Origin: Tubiluchus corallicola
Lineage: Eukaryota; Animalia; Priapulida
Length of the DNA stretch: 64,000 nt
NCBI GenBank assembly: GCA_030141605.1
Contig: JAQGDQ010002392.1
Span: 65,946-129,945, forward strand
Direction: 5' to 3'
Numbering within the stretch: the first letter of the stretch is position 1; every line of letters begins with the position of its first letter. Below the pieces are notes generated by a model, which saw only the letters and a list, made by a program, of their open reading frames with translations, did not search any database and had not been told where the DNA came from. A program made the position numbers and the translations under genes. Shown here piece after piece: positions 40,058 through 50,622 of the stretch.

Positions 40058-42328
40058 TTACTCTTTTTTGTTCAACTTTTGCGCCTTAGCCACAGCTATA
40101 GTTGCCATATTAATTATCTCCCTTACAGAGCCATCCAACTGCACCACGTGTATCGACTTATTAAGCCCTACAAGAATAGGTCCTATTACTTCACCCTCGC
40201 CCAGTTCTTGGAGCATCTTATAAGTAATATTTCCTGAACTAAGATTAGGAAATATTAAAGTATTCACATCTTTACCGGCTAGTTTAGAAAAAGCAAACTT
40301 ATCCTTCAATGTCTTTTTATTAAGAGCTATGTTCGCGTGTATCTCGCCATCTATAATCATTTCAGGGTTTTCTTTATGCAATGTTTTCACTACATTTCTT
40401 ACTAAATTAGGGCTACCTCCTTTAATATCTCCAAAATTGGAATAAGAAACCATTGCCATCACAGGTTCTATATTAAACTCCTTCACTGCTTCGTAAATAA
40501 GTTTAGTAACACTAAGCAATATTCTTTCATTAGGATGATTATTGACCGTAGTATCAGCAAGAAATACGGGGCCTCTTTTGGTAATGACAATATGCATACC
40601 CGCTATCCTATTGGTGTCTGGTTTTGCTCCTATTATTCGCCTTGCAGGTTTTAGTATAGAACGATATTTACTCATTACTCCCGATAAGAAGGCATCTGCA
40701 TCTCCATTCTCCACCATCATCATCCCAAAATGATTTTTTCTAAACATTCTATCCAGTGCCTCATCGTAAGTTATACCTCTACGCTGCATTTTATTATGAA
40801 ACATTTTGGCATATTTTTTCACCTTTTCAAACTGACTGTCGTGCTTAGGATCCATTACCTTTAAATTAGGGATAGTGATACTATGCTTTTGCATCAGCTC
40901 CATTATTCTATCTTTATTGCCCAACAATATGGGATAAGCTATTCTTTCGTTTGCTACTACTTGTGCTGCTTTCAGTGTTTTTAAATTTCTTCCCTCAGCA
41001 AATACCAAACGTTGTGGGCTTTGTTTTGCTTTGTTGGTAATGACTTTCATCAACTTGTTGTCATGCCCCAATCTTTTCTCCAACTCCAAGCGATATTTAC
41101 TCCAATTGTCAATTTTTTTCCGAGCTACACCCGATTGTATTGCAGCCTTAGCCACAGCAGGAGCTACGGTGGTTATCAGCCGAGGGTCAAGCGGTTTGGG
41201 TATAACATAATCCCTCCCGAAAATAATATTTGTTTTATTGTAAGCCGTATTTACAATATCAGGCACAGGCTCCTTAGTAAGGTTAGCCAAAGCATATACA
41301 GCTGCCAGCTTCATTTCTTCGTTAATCTCTGTTGCCCATACATCCAATGCTCCTCTAAATATATAAGGAAATCCAAGTACATTGTTAATTTGATTAGGAT
41401 GGTCAGAACGCCCCGTAGCAAAAATAATATCCTTTCTTGATGCCATAGCCTTCTCGTAAGATATTTCAGGGTCGGGGTTGGCAAGAGCAAATACAATAGG
41501 ATTTTTTGTCATCGACCTTAGCATTTCAGGAGTTACAGTATTGCCTATCGATAGCCCAAGAAATACATCTGCTTTTTTTAATGCTTCTTCTAATGTTCTT
41601 ATCTTTCTACTAGTAGCATATTGTTGCTTCATCTCGTTAAGGTCTGAGCGGTCTTTATGTATCACCCCCTTGCTATCGCACATTATAATATGATTTCTTT
41701 TTACTCCTAACTGCATATAAAGGTCGGCACAAGACATAGCAGCAGCTCCTGCCCCATTAACAACTACTGATATTTTGTCTATTTTTTTTCTTGCTAGTTC
41801 AAGTGCGTTGAGCAAGCCTGCTGCCGATATAATAGCCGTTCCGTGCTGGTCGTCGTGCATCACAGGTATGCTAAGTTCTTTTTTTAGTTTCTTTTCTATT
41901 TCAAAGCATTCTGGAGCTTTAATGTCTTCAAGGTTAATGCCTCCAAAAGTTGGCGATATTATTTTTACAGTTTCTACAAATCTATCTATGTCTTTGGTAT
42001 CTAACTGTATATCAAATACATCTAAATCGGCAAATATTTTAAACAACAATCCCTTTCCCTCCATCACAGGCTTACTCGCAAGAGGACCTATATCACCCAA
42101 ACCTAACACAGCAGTACCATTAGAAATAACTGCTACAAGATTGCCTTTGGTGGTATACTTATATACATTATCAGAATTTTTGTGTATTTCTTTACAGGGT
42201 TCTGCCACCCCGGGCGAGTACGCAAGCGAGAGGTCTCTCTGCGAACTATAAGGCTTAGAAGGAAGTACTTCTATTTTCCCAGCCCTCCCTTCCGAATGGT
42301 ATTTTAATGCTTCTTTATTTTTGTTCAT
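40058..42328 (-). CDS. maeB: NADP-dependent malic enzyme with phosphotransacetylase-like C-terminal domain
   Basis: LSLAYSPGVA, GGINLEDI, HDDQHGT, QINNVLGFP; PTA-like half (VFAEG, FPNLSSGNI). Confidence 0.95.
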   Translation of the reverse strand: MNKNKEALKYHSEGRAGKIEVLPSKPYSSQRDLSLAYSPGVAEPCKEIHKNSDNVYKYTTKGNLVAVISNGTAVLGLGDIGPLASKPVMEGKGLLFKIFADLDVFDIQLDTKDIDRFVETVKIISPTFGGINLEDIKAPECFEIEKKLKKELSIPVMHDDQHGTAIISAAGLLNALELARKKIDKISVVVNGAGAAAMSCADLYMQLGVKRNHIIMCDSKGVIHKDRSDLNEMKQQYATSRKIRTLEEALKKADVFLGLSIGNTVTPEMLRSMTKNPIVFALANPDPEISYEKAMASRKDIIFATGRSDHPNQINNVLGFPYIFRGALDVWATEINEEMKLAAVYALANLTKEPVPDIVNTAYNKTNIIFGRDYVIPKPLDPRLITTVAPAVAKAAIQSGVARKKIDNWSKYRLELEKRLGHDNKLMKVITNKAKQSPQRLVFAEGRNLKTLKAAQVVANERIAYPILLGNKDRIMELMQKHSITIPNLKVMDPKHDSQFEKVKKYAKMFHNKMQRRGITYDEALDRMFRKNHFGMMMVENGDADAFLSGVMSKYRSILKPARRIIGAKPDTNRIAGMHIVITKRGPVFLADTTVNNHPNERILLSVTKLIYEAVKEFNIEPVMAMVSYSNFGDIKGGSPNLVRNVVKTLHKENPEMIIDGEIHANIALNKKTLKDKFAFSKLAGKDVNTLIFPNLSSGNITYKMLQELGEGEVIGPILVGLNKSIHVVQLDGSVREIINMATIAVAKAQKLNKKE

Positions 42329-42571
42329 AACGTGTCGTAATATGTTACAAGTAGAATTAAGTAATACTTTAATTTACATCAAATAATCTTACCTTAAACT
42401 ACTCTCTTATAGAGGATGACTTTTTTTTAAACTTTCTACAAATGAAATAACTTAACTTCTTACAAACATAATAACTTATTTGTTGAAATACATAATTAAT
42501 TTTGCTGTTGCTCAATTTTATTAATATTTTAGCATTATTTTTATGATTTATTTATAGTATTAATCTTATTT

Positions 42572-43576
42572 ATGCAGAGTATTTTAAGAATAAGTGTTTT
42601 CGGTGGAGGTAGTTGGGCTACTGCTATAATAAAAATTCTGGAAAGCAACCCTTTACCCAAAGACAAAATCAATTGGTATATACGCAAAGATACTACCATT
42701 GAACATATTAGAAGTACTGGTCGTAATCCTAAATATCTGAGTTCTGTAAAAATAGACAATGAAAAAATTAACTTGTCAAGCCACATAAATGAGGTTATCA
42801 GCAATTCCGATGTATTGATTTTTGCCATACCTTCTGCTTACCTACCATTAGCAGCCAACAAAATAAAAGTAGATATTTCCAAGAAGTTTATCTTATCGTC
42901 TATCAAAGGTATTGTGCCAGAAAAAAACCTTATTGTTAGCCATTATTTCAATCAGGAATTTGGTGTTCCATTAGAAAACATAGGGACATTGTCTGGTCCT
43001 TGTCATGCGGAAGAAATAGCCTTAGAAAAACTTTCATACCTTACTATATCTTCTAAAAATTTGGAAATAGCTCGCAAAATTTCAGAGTTAATAGAATGTC
43101 GTTTTTTGAGAACCTCTACCTCCAGTGACACCCAAGGAACAGAGTATGCTGCTGTGCTGAAAAACATTTATGCCATTGCAACGGGTATCTGCCACGGGTT
43201 AGGTTACGGCGATAACTTTCAAGCAATTCTTATTTCTAATGCTTTACAGGAACTAAAAAGATTTATTAACGAAGTAGATACCAACAAACGAGATATAAAA
43301 GAATCGAGCTATCTTGGTGACTTACTGGTTACAAATTATTCTACATTTAGCAGAAATCGTTCTTTGGGGACTATGATAGGTAAAGGCTATTCTGTAAAAT
43401 CGTCACTACTTGACTTAGGTATGGTGTCAGAAGGATATTTTGCAAGTAAGTGTATCAAAGAGATTAACGAAAAATATAAAGTACATATGCCTATTGCAGA
43501 AGCAGTATACAACATACTATACGAAAATGTTTTACCAGCAGTAGAAATAAAACTCTTAACTAACAATCTTAAATAA
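42572..43576 (+). CDS. gpsA: NAD(P)H-dependent glycerol-3-phosphate dehydrogenase
   Basis: [35 protein letters not shown]. Confidence 0.95.
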   Translation: MQSILRISVFGGGSWATAIIKILESNPLPKDKINWYIRKDTTIEHIRSTGRNPKYLSSVKIDNEKINLSSHINEVISNSDVLIFAIPSAYLPLAANKIKVDISKKFILSSIKGIVPEKNLIVSHYFNQEFGVPLENIGTLSGPCHAEEIALEKLSYLTISSKNLEIARKISELIECRFLRTSTSSDTQGTEYAAVLKNIYAIATGICHGLGYGDNFQAILISNALQELKRFINEVDTNKRDIKESSYLGDLLVTNYSTFSRNRSLGTMIGKGYSVKSSLLDLGMVSEGYFASKCIKEINEKYKVHMPIAEAVYNILYENVLPAVEIKLLTNNLK

Positions 43577-43577
43577 A

Positions 43578-44915
43578 ATGAGGAATATACAATTAGACAT
43601 CTACAATGTATTTTCTTTCGTTTCTAAAACGAGCATCTACAATTTAAAGAACAAAGCAGAAGAATGTAATAAAGCCCTTTATGATAAGAGCGGAGCAGGT
43701 AATGATTTTTTAGGTTGGGTTACTTTGCCAAATAATATTAGCAGTGAAGAAATTTCTGACATTGAAAACACTGCGAATAAGCTGCAAGACATTGCCGATT
43801 ATATAGTAGTTATAGGCATTGGTGGGTCGTACCTTGGAGCAAAAATGGTGATAAATGCACTGAACAATAATATTGAAACCCCTGCCAACAAAACCAAGAT
43901 ACTTTTTGCGGGGCAAAATATAAGTGAAGATTATTTATTTGAACTCAATGAGTTTTTACAAGATAAGTCATTTGCTTTGGTCAATATTTCAAAATCGGGC
44001 ACTACTACTGAGCCTGCTATTGCTTTTAGAGTACTGAAAAATTTATTGGAGGAAAAATACAGCCCAACAGAGGTAAAACAAAGAATAGTGGCTATTACAG
44101 ATAAGGAAAAAGGGGCTTTGCGACAATTGGCAGATGAAGAAGGCTACAAAACATTTATAGTTCCTGATGATGTGGGTGGTCGATTCTCAGTTTTAACTCC
44201 CGTAGGTTTATTGCCTATTGCTATTGCTGGGTACGACATAAAGCAACTTATTGCTGGGGCTAAGGATATGCAGCAATTAACTGATACATCTGTTAGTTTT
44301 GAAGACAATATAGCTTGTCTTTACGCTGCTACACGCAATGCTATCTACAAAGAAGGAAAATCAGTAGAAATATTGGCAAACTATGAACCTAAATTAGAAA
44401 ATATTGGCGAATGGTGGAAACAATTGTATGGAGAAAGTGAAGGGAAAGAAAATAAAGGTATTTTTACAGCCAGCGTAAATTTCACCACAGACCTACACTC
44501 ATTGGGACAATTTATACAAGAAGGAAGCCGCACAATATTTGAAACTGTTGTTTCTGTAAATGAACCTCAATATACATTGAAAGTTCCCAAAGATGATAAC
44601 AATTTAGATAAACTTAATTATCTTGCAGGTAAGAGAGTTAGTGAGATAAATAAAATGGCTGAACTTGGCACACAATTAGCCCACATAGATGGGGGAGTCC
44701 CCATCATTAGGATAGAAATACCCAAAATAACAGAATATTACCTTGGGCAGTTGCTTTACTTCTTTGAGAAGGCTTGTGGTATTAGTGGTTATATCTTAGG
44801 CATCAATCCATTTGACCAGCCGGGTGTGGAGGCTTATAAGAAAAATATGTTTGCACTGCTCAATAAAGAAGGATTTGAAAAAGAACATAAGGAAATACAG
44901 AAGAGGCTCAAATAA
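43578..44915 (+). CDS. pgi: Glucose-6-phosphate isomerase
   Basis: [44 protein letters not shown]. Confidence 0.97.
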   Translation: MRNIQLDIYNVFSFVSKTSIYNLKNKAEECNKALYDKSGAGNDFLGWVTLPNNISSEEISDIENTANKLQDIADYIVVIGIGGSYLGAKMVINALNNNIETPANKTKILFAGQNISEDYLFELNEFLQDKSFALVNISKSGTTTEPAIAFRVLKNLLEEKYSPTEVKQRIVAITDKEKGALRQLADEEGYKTFIVPDDVGGRFSVLTPVGLLPIAIAGYDIKQLIAGAKDMQQLTDTSVSFEDNIACLYAATRNAIYKEGKSVEILANYEPKLENIGEWWKQLYGESEGKENKGIFTASVNFTTDLHSLGQFIQEGSRTIFETVVSVNEPQYTLKVPKDDNNLDKLNYLAGKRVSEINKMAELGTQLAHIDGGVPIIRIEIPKITEYYLGQLLYFFEKACGISGYILGINPFDQPGVEAYKKNMFALLNKEGFEKEHKEIQKRLK

Positions 44916-44926
44916 CCTAAATCACT

Positions 44927-45670
44927 ATGATGTTATTTTTTCATTTAGGTAGATACTTTCTATTTCTAAAAGAGGTTTTTAACAAGCCTGAACGATTGAA
45001 AGTATACATCCAACAAACAATAAAGGAAATAGACAAGCTGGTAATGTCGTCGGTGGGTATTACTGTAATTATATCTACTTTTATGGGTATGGTAATTACA
45101 CTGCAAACGGCATATAATGTAGATAGTCCCTTTGTTCCTAAATATACAATAGGCTACGCCACCAGAGACTCACTTGTCTTAGAATTTAGTTCTACTATAT
45201 TGAGCCTTATAATGGCAGGTAAAGTGGGTTCTAATATAGCTTCGGAGATAGGTACTATGAGGGTAACCGAACAGATAGATGCTTTGGAGATAATGGGTGT
45301 CAATCCGTCCTGCTTCTTAGTATTACCTAAAATAGTAGCCACAATGTTTTTCAATCCTATTTTATATATATTTAGTGTTTTTGTAGGGCTTGTAGGTGGT
45401 TGGGTAGCGGTTTTGGTTTCGGGAGTAATTTCTCCCGCTGCTTATATAGATGGTATATTACTTTTGCCTTTCGATGGCTTTAAGGTTACGTATTCTATTA
45501 TTAAAATGTCGGTATTTGCTTTTATCATCAGCACTGTATCATCCTACTATGGTTATTATACACAAGGAGGAGCTTTGGAAGTAGGAAGGGCAAGCACCAA
45601 AGCTGTTGTATATAGTAGTATCCTTATATTACTATTCAATCTCTTATTAACACAATTGTTACTTACATAG
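44927..45670 (+). CDS. MlaE family ABC permease
   Basis: AGKVGSNIASEIGTMRVTEQIDALEIMG; GGALEVGRASTKAVV. Confidence 0.92.
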   Translation: MMLFFHLGRYFLFLKEVFNKPERLKVYIQQTIKEIDKLVMSSVGITVIISTFMGMVITLQTAYNVDSPFVPKYTIGYATRDSLVLEFSSTILSLIMAGKVGSNIASEIGTMRVTEQIDALEIMGVNPSCFLVLPKIVATMFFNPILYIFSVFVGLVGGWVAVLVSGVISPAAYIDGILLLPFDGFKVTYSIIKMSVFAFIISTVSSYYGYYTQGGALEVGRASTKAVVYSSILILLFNLLLTQLLLT

Positions 45671-45919
45671 TAGTATGGGCTGAGTTGTCGAGCACCAATT
45701 CAAAGTCAAAAGCTACTCTATTCATAACTTTTATATTTCTTTGCAAAATGAAAGAATTAATTAAAATAACTATATGCCAATTAATATTATTATAGCGTAT
45801 TAGTAATTAACATTAAATAATATATGTTACTACTATCATTCCTAAAAATATAAAGATAAATAAGATTAAAATTTCATATATTTGAACACTAATACAGTAT
45901 TTATCTATTGCATTAATAT

Positions 45920-46681
45920 ATGATTATTGTAAAAAATGTAAGTAAAACCTTCAATGGGACAAAAGTGTTAGAGAACATTTCTACTACTTTTGACCAAGGA
46001 AAGACCAATCTTATTATAGGGCAAAGTGGCTCAGGTAAGACCGTTTTGCTCAAACTTATTATAGGGCTGCACACTATTGAAGAAGGAGAAATTATATATT
46101 CTGACAAAGAACATTCTGCCTCAGACTTGATAGACAAAAAACAGATAAGAAAAGAAATGGGTATGGTATTTCAAGGAGGAGCTTTGTTCGATTCTGCCAC
46201 AGTAGAGGAAAACGTAGCTTTTCCTCTACATATGTTTTCCAATTATTCAAAAAAAGAAATACATAATAGAGTTAATTTCTGCTTAGAAAGAGTAAATATA
46301 ATAGATAAAAACCATCTATATCCCGCAGAGTTAAGTGGAGGAATGAGAAAACGAGTATCTATTGCAAGAGCCATTGTACTTAATCCTAAGTATCTTTTTT
46401 GCGATGAGCCTAATTCAGGCTTAGACCCTGTTACTTCCATTCTTATAGACAATCTAATAAAAAAACTTACGAAGGAATTTAATATGACAACCATTATCAA
46501 CACCCACGATATGAACTCGGTAATGGAAATAGGAGAAAAAATACTATTCATACATCAAGGGAAGAAGGGATGGGAAGGCTCTAACAAAGACGTATTTAAT
46601 TCTGATAGCAAAGAACTTAATGAGTTTATATTTGCAAACAAGTCGTTCCAATTAATGAAAAGTAAGATTAAAGAACAATAG
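45920..46681 (+). CDS. MlaF family ABC ATP-binding protein
   Basis: GQSGSGKT, VFQGGALFDS, LSGGMRKRV, DEPNSGLDP, THDM. Confidence 0.92.
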   Translation: MIIVKNVSKTFNGTKVLENISTTFDQGKTNLIIGQSGSGKTVLLKLIIGLHTIEEGEIIYSDKEHSASDLIDKKQIRKEMGMVFQGGALFDSATVEENVAFPLHMFSNYSKKEIHNRVNFCLERVNIIDKNHLYPAELSGGMRKRVSIARAIVLNPKYLFCDEPNSGLDPVTSILIDNLIKKLTKEFNMTTIINTHDMNSVMEIGEKILFIHQGKKGWEGSNKDVFNSDSKELNEFIFANKSFQLMKSKIKEQ

Positions 46682-47172
46682 TGAAAAAAAATATCTCAAA
46701 AATAAATCTCTTAATAACTGCTACACTTACTATTGCTATTCTTATTTTTTTCTTTTACAATAACGAAAAAAAGCCTCCTATAAAAAGGAAAATTTTAAAA
46801 GAGATTCTTATTGATTTAAATTTAGCAGAAGGCATTTCTACAACACAAAAGCAACCTAATCAAAGTTCTCTACAATATAAATACATATTACATAAATACA
46901 ATATCACCCAAGCTGAACTGGACTCTACTATGACTTATTATATAAACCGCCCTAAAAAACTAAATAAGATCTACGAAGAAGTACTAACATATTTTAATAA
47001 TATGGAAGCTAAACTAAAAGGAACAAAAAAAGAAAATTATTATTTAAAAGAACATCTCACAGAAAAACCACTCTATGAAATTTACAAAGACCTCTCTACT
47101 CATAGCATCTTAACAAGAGACACTACAAAATACTATATCGCCATTGAAGAAATATCACAAGAAAATGAATAA
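46681..47172 (+). CDS. DUF4296-like membrane-anchored protein
   Basis: N-terminal TM helix; ILIDLNLAEG, ILHKYNITQAELDSTMTYY...IYEEV pattern. Confidence 0.65.
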   Translation: MKKNISKINLLITATLTIAILIFFFYNNEKKPPIKRKILKEILIDLNLAEGISTTQKQPNQSSLQYKYILHKYNITQAELDSTMTYYINRPKKLNKIYEEVLTYFNNMEAKLKGTKKENYYLKEHLTEKPLYEIYKDLSTHSILTRDTTKYYIAIEEISQENE

Positions 47173-47307
47173 TTATATCAAATTTTTAAATATTTTTTTA
47201 TAAATAACTTTTTTCACTTTAACTTATTCTTTTATCTTTGTATTAGAAATAAGAAGAGAGAGAAATATAGTATACCTTTTAAAAGCCTAAAAAAACCTAA
47301 AATTAAT

Positions 47308-47646
47308 ATGGAAAACTCAGAAAAATACTATGATTTGCTAGAATTAGAAAAACCTCCAAGAAAAATTACAAAAACTGCTAGCGACAGTAATGAACCTGAA
47401 AAAAGACGAGTAGGTAATCCTAATGGATGGAATACGTTAGCACGAAAGAACAGCATCAAAACAAGAAGAAGAGTAGCTATTGAAAATTCAAAAGAAGCTG
47501 TTGATTTCATTAGGTGGCTAAAAAAAGAATACCCTAATATTTCTGTGAGAGAAATTACTCGTAGGCTTAATATGTCAGGCTACAAAACCACTAGGGGTAA
47601 AACCTTCTTGCCGGGTTCTACACAAAACCTCTTTAAATATTTGTAA
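47308..47646 (+). CDS. Stand-alone serine-recombinase-type C-terminal DNA-binding domain protein (no catalytic domain)
   Basis: GNP...ARKNSI..RR..A and SVREITRRLNMSGYKTTRGKTF resemble resolvase/recombinase C-termini; TATCTTTG promoter motif at 47233-47240. Confidence 0.7.
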   Translation: MENSEKYYDLLELEKPPRKITKTASDSNEPEKRRVGNPNGWNTLARKNSIKTRRRVAIENSKEAVDFIRWLKKEYPNISVREITRRLNMSGYKTTRGKTFLPGSTQNLFKYL

Positions 47647-47658
47647 TATAATGGGAAA

Positions 47659-47684
47659 TAGAGGCTGCCCATTGGCAGCCTCTA
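47659..47684. terminator. GC-rich hairpin between the recombinase-domain gene and kdsC
   Basis: TAGAGGCTGCC-catt-GGCAGCCTCTA, perfect 11-bp stem. Confidence 0.75.
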
Positions 47685-47787
47685 CCCCAAAAAATACGAT
47701 TGCAATGTTTTAATGAGTAATAACTATGAACATATTACTCTTAACAGAAACTTTGATACCTTTTTCAGAACATTCTCAATTATAAAT

Positions 47788-48309
47788 CTACCACACAAAA
47801 TTCTTAGCACCTACCCATTTATTTTGCACACGTAAAGTCTGTTCCACCACATCTCTTACAGCCCCTTCTCCACCCTTTTTATTCGACACATAAGAAGAAA
47901 TAGCTTTTATCTCTTCCGCAGCATCCTTAGGACAAGTAGGTACGCCCACCTCTTTCATTACGGAAAGATCTGGCACATCATCACCCATATATAAAATATT
48001 TTCAGGCAACAATTCATATTTAGCTATAAACTTTTCAAAACTTTGTAGCTTATTACCTACCCCCATATATACTTTATGAACCCCTAGCTTTTCGTATCTT
48101 ATCCTTACTCCCTCATTATACCCACCTGTAATAATCGCTATCTTAAAACCAAGGTTAATAGCCAGATTCATAGCAAATCCATCTTTTAAATTGGTAGTTC
48201 GAAGCAAATCCCCATCCACAGTAATCAAAGAACTTTCACCCGCCAGCACCCCATCTACATCAAAAATAAATGCTTCTACATTCTTCAACTGGTCTTTAAA
48301 AAAGGTCAT
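47788..48309 (-). CDS. kdsC: KDO 8-phosphate phosphatase (HAD)
   Basis: FDVDGVL, KDG, YMGDDVPD, GGEGAVRDV. Confidence 0.9.
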   Translation of the reverse strand: MTFFKDQLKNVEAFIFDVDGVLAGESSLITVDGDLLRTTNLKDGFAMNLAINLGFKIAIITGGYNEGVRIRYEKLGVHKVYMGVGNKLQSFEKFIAKYELLPENILYMGDDVPDLSVMKEVGVPTCPKDAAEEIKAISSYVSNKKGGEGAVRDVVEQTLRVQNKWVGAKNFVW

Positions 48310-48386
48310 ATAGAATTAAAGTTTTAATTTAAGTTATATTTCTGTTTTAGCAACTTCTATTACACAAACAAAAATACCCTATTCGT

Positions 48387-49205
48387 TTAAGGTATCTTTG
48401 GGAACTGATGAAAATTAGGTTTGCGTTTTTCTAAGAAAGCATTTTTCCCTTCCTGAGCTTCCTCCGTCATATAATAAAGCATAGTAGCATTCCCTGCCAG
48501 CTCCTGTATACCAGTTTGCCCGTCCAACTCTGCATTTAAACCTGCTTTTATCATACGTATCGCTATTGGGCTACGCTGCTGTATCTTCTTACACCACTCT
48601 ACAGTAGTATCTTCAAGTTGAGCCAAAGGCACTACCCTATTCACCAAGCCCATATCCAAAGCCTCTTGGGCTGTATATTGTTCGCATAAAAACCATATCT
48701 CACGAGCCTTCTTCTGTCCTACGTGACGAGCCAAATAAGATGACCCAAACCCACCATCAAAACTTCCTACTTTAGGTCCCGTTTGCCCAAACCGTGCATT
48801 TTCTGATGCAACAGTAAGGTCGCATACCACATGTAGCACGTGTCCTCCCCCTATTGCATAGCCATTTACCATTGCTATCACCACCTTAGGTATAAAGCGT
48901 ATCTGCTTCTGCACATCCAATACACTAAGGCGAGGAATACCGCTATCATCTATATATCCAGCATATCCCTTTACATTTTGATCGCCTCCACTACAAAATG
49001 CTTTATCTCCCTCACCTGTAATTACCACGGTTAGTATGTCGGCACGCTCTCTACATACAACCAAAGCATCACTCATTTCCTTTGTTGTTTTTGGAGTAAA
49101 AGCATTATGATAACGTGGTCGGTTAATCGTTATTTTCGCGATACCCTCAAAAAAATCAAACTTTATCTCCTCATACTCTTTGATAGTTTCCCAATTTCTT
49201 TTCAT
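48387..49205 (-). CDS. menB: 1,4-dihydroxy-2-naphthoyl-CoA synthase
   Basis: [38 protein letters not shown]. Confidence 0.97.
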   Translation of the reverse strand: MKRNWETIKEYEEIKFDFFEGIAKITINRPRYHNAFTPKTTKEMSDALVVCRERADILTVVITGEGDKAFCSGGDQNVKGYAGYIDDSGIPRLSVLDVQKQIRFIPKVVIAMVNGYAIGGGHVLHVVCDLTVASENARFGQTGPKVGSFDGGFGSSYLARHVGQKKAREIWFLCEQYTAQEALDMGLVNRVVPLAQLEDTTVEWCKKIQQRSPIAIRMIKAGLNAELDGQTGIQELAGNATMLYYMTEEAQEGKNAFLEKRKPNFHQFPKIP

Positions 49206-49315
49206 ACAATTTTATTTTTGACATTAAACCTATACTACAATCTTTTGCAAAAAAACCTTGCGGTAAAGAAAGTAATTAACTGCAAAATAATATAAAGTAA
49301 AGTTTTAGCTTTTAA

Positions 49316-49720
49316 TTAAAGTTTACCCTTCAATGCCTCCAACAACGAATCAGGAGCTTTCACAGGCTTATTCGTTTTCATATGTAAAAAGGCCAACTGT
49401 GTTTTTCCTATATTTATTAATATTTTATCTTGACTAAAAATTTCATACGAAAAAGTTATCTTCATCAACGGCAATTGCTTTATCGTTGTTTTAATAGTCA
49501 AAATATCGTCATACAAAGCAGGTTTCTTGTATTCAATATTCATATTGACAACAGGCATAGCTATCCCATCTTGCTCCATACTTTTGTAAGTATAATTGAG
49601 CGAACGTATTAGCTCTGTACGCCCTATCTCGTAATATCTCGCATAGTTGCCATAATAGACCACTCCCATATTATCAGTATCAACATAAGGCACACGATAT
49701 GTTACTTCAAAAGAGTACAT
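49316..49720 (-). CDS. YbgC/FadM family acyl-CoA thioesterase
   Basis: RVPYVDTDNMGVVYYGNYARYYEIGR. Confidence 0.9.
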   Translation of the reverse strand: MYSFEVTYRVPYVDTDNMGVVYYGNYARYYEIGRTELIRSLNYTYKSMEQDGIAMPVVNMNIEYKKPALYDDILTIKTTIKQLPLMKITFSYEIFSQDKILINIGKTQLAFLHMKTNKPVKAPDSLLEALKGKL

Positions 49721-49725
49721 TTTTT

Positions 49726-50604
49726 TTAATTATCTTTAGTTCTTTTATACTTCCATCTTCTATGCGACCATAGCCAATAGTCTGGTTTTTTTTGTAATAT
49801 TTTTTCCAGCTCTTTAATATATTTCTTGGTTATTTCATTCTCTGGCAATTCCCTTGGATTTTCTGCCAATACTTTAAATTCAAATTCATAAAACCCACGT
49901 TTTAGTTTATCCATAGATAAAAAAAGAACCACTTCATTAAGTTTCTTTGACATCTTTTCTGCTCCCACAAAAAAAGCAGTTTCTTGATTCAGAAAAGTAG
50001 TCCAATACCCTTTAGAACCGCCAGGTGTTTGGTCCATCACAAGACAGGTCATATAAGGCTTTCCTTGCTGTATATATTTTAATGAAGCCTTGTATACACC
50101 AGAAGACAATTCCATTTGAATACCATACATCTCTCTTATACTCTTAATAAACCCATTAAAAAAGTAGTTCTCTATCTCCTGATAAGCAATAATAATGGAA
50201 GGATGTTTCAAGGATTTTGGAAATGTACAAATCCACTCCCAATTACCATAATGCGACACTAGTAACAATATATTTCTACCTTCTCTTTTATACTTCTCTA
50301 TTACTTCAAGGTTTTTCACTTTCGCTCTTTTAAGAAGGGATTTAACACTCATACTTGGTGTTTTAATCACTTCTATCACCATATCACAAAAATGCATATA
50401 AAAACCTCTTGTTATTTTCATTATTTCTTTCTCGCTCTTTTCAGGAAAAGAGTTTTTTAAATTCTCAAGAACTACTGCTTTTCTGTACCCTACAATGTAA
50501 TAAATAACAACATACAAAAAATCCGAGAGAATATACAGTACCCTAAAAGGCAAATAAGACAATAGCTTTAAAAAAATAGCAAGAAATTTATATACCAACC
50601 ACAT
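49726..50604 (-). CDS. Lipid A biosynthesis lauroyl/myristoyl acyltransferase (LpxL/HtrB family)
   Basis: ENLKNSFPEKS, HYGNWE, DQTP, WLWSHRRWK. Confidence 0.9.
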   Translation of the reverse strand: MWLVYKFLAIFLKLLSYLPFRVLYILSDFLYVVIYYIVGYRKAVVLENLKNSFPEKSEKEIMKITRGFYMHFCDMVIEVIKTPSMSVKSLLKRAKVKNLEVIEKYKREGRNILLLVSHYGNWEWICTFPKSLKHPSIIIAYQEIENYFFNGFIKSIREMYGIQMELSSGVYKASLKYIQQGKPYMTCLVMDQTPGGSKGYWTTFLNQETAFFVGAEKMSKKLNEVVLFLSMDKLKRGFYEFEFKVLAENPRELPENEITKKYIKELEKILQKKPDYWLWSHRRWKYKRTKDN

Positions 50605-50622
50605 AAGAATTTAAATTTTAAA

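Noticed and set aside
45671-45919. 250-bp gap between mlaE and mlaF as an inserted element
   Set aside because: Very AT-rich with no terminal repeats or similarity to the other repeats; it contains only a promoter-like TATATTTG (45877-45884).
47308-47646. Active site-specific recombinase or invertase driving local inversions
   Set aside because: The catalytic serine domain is absent and no flanking invertible repeats were found.
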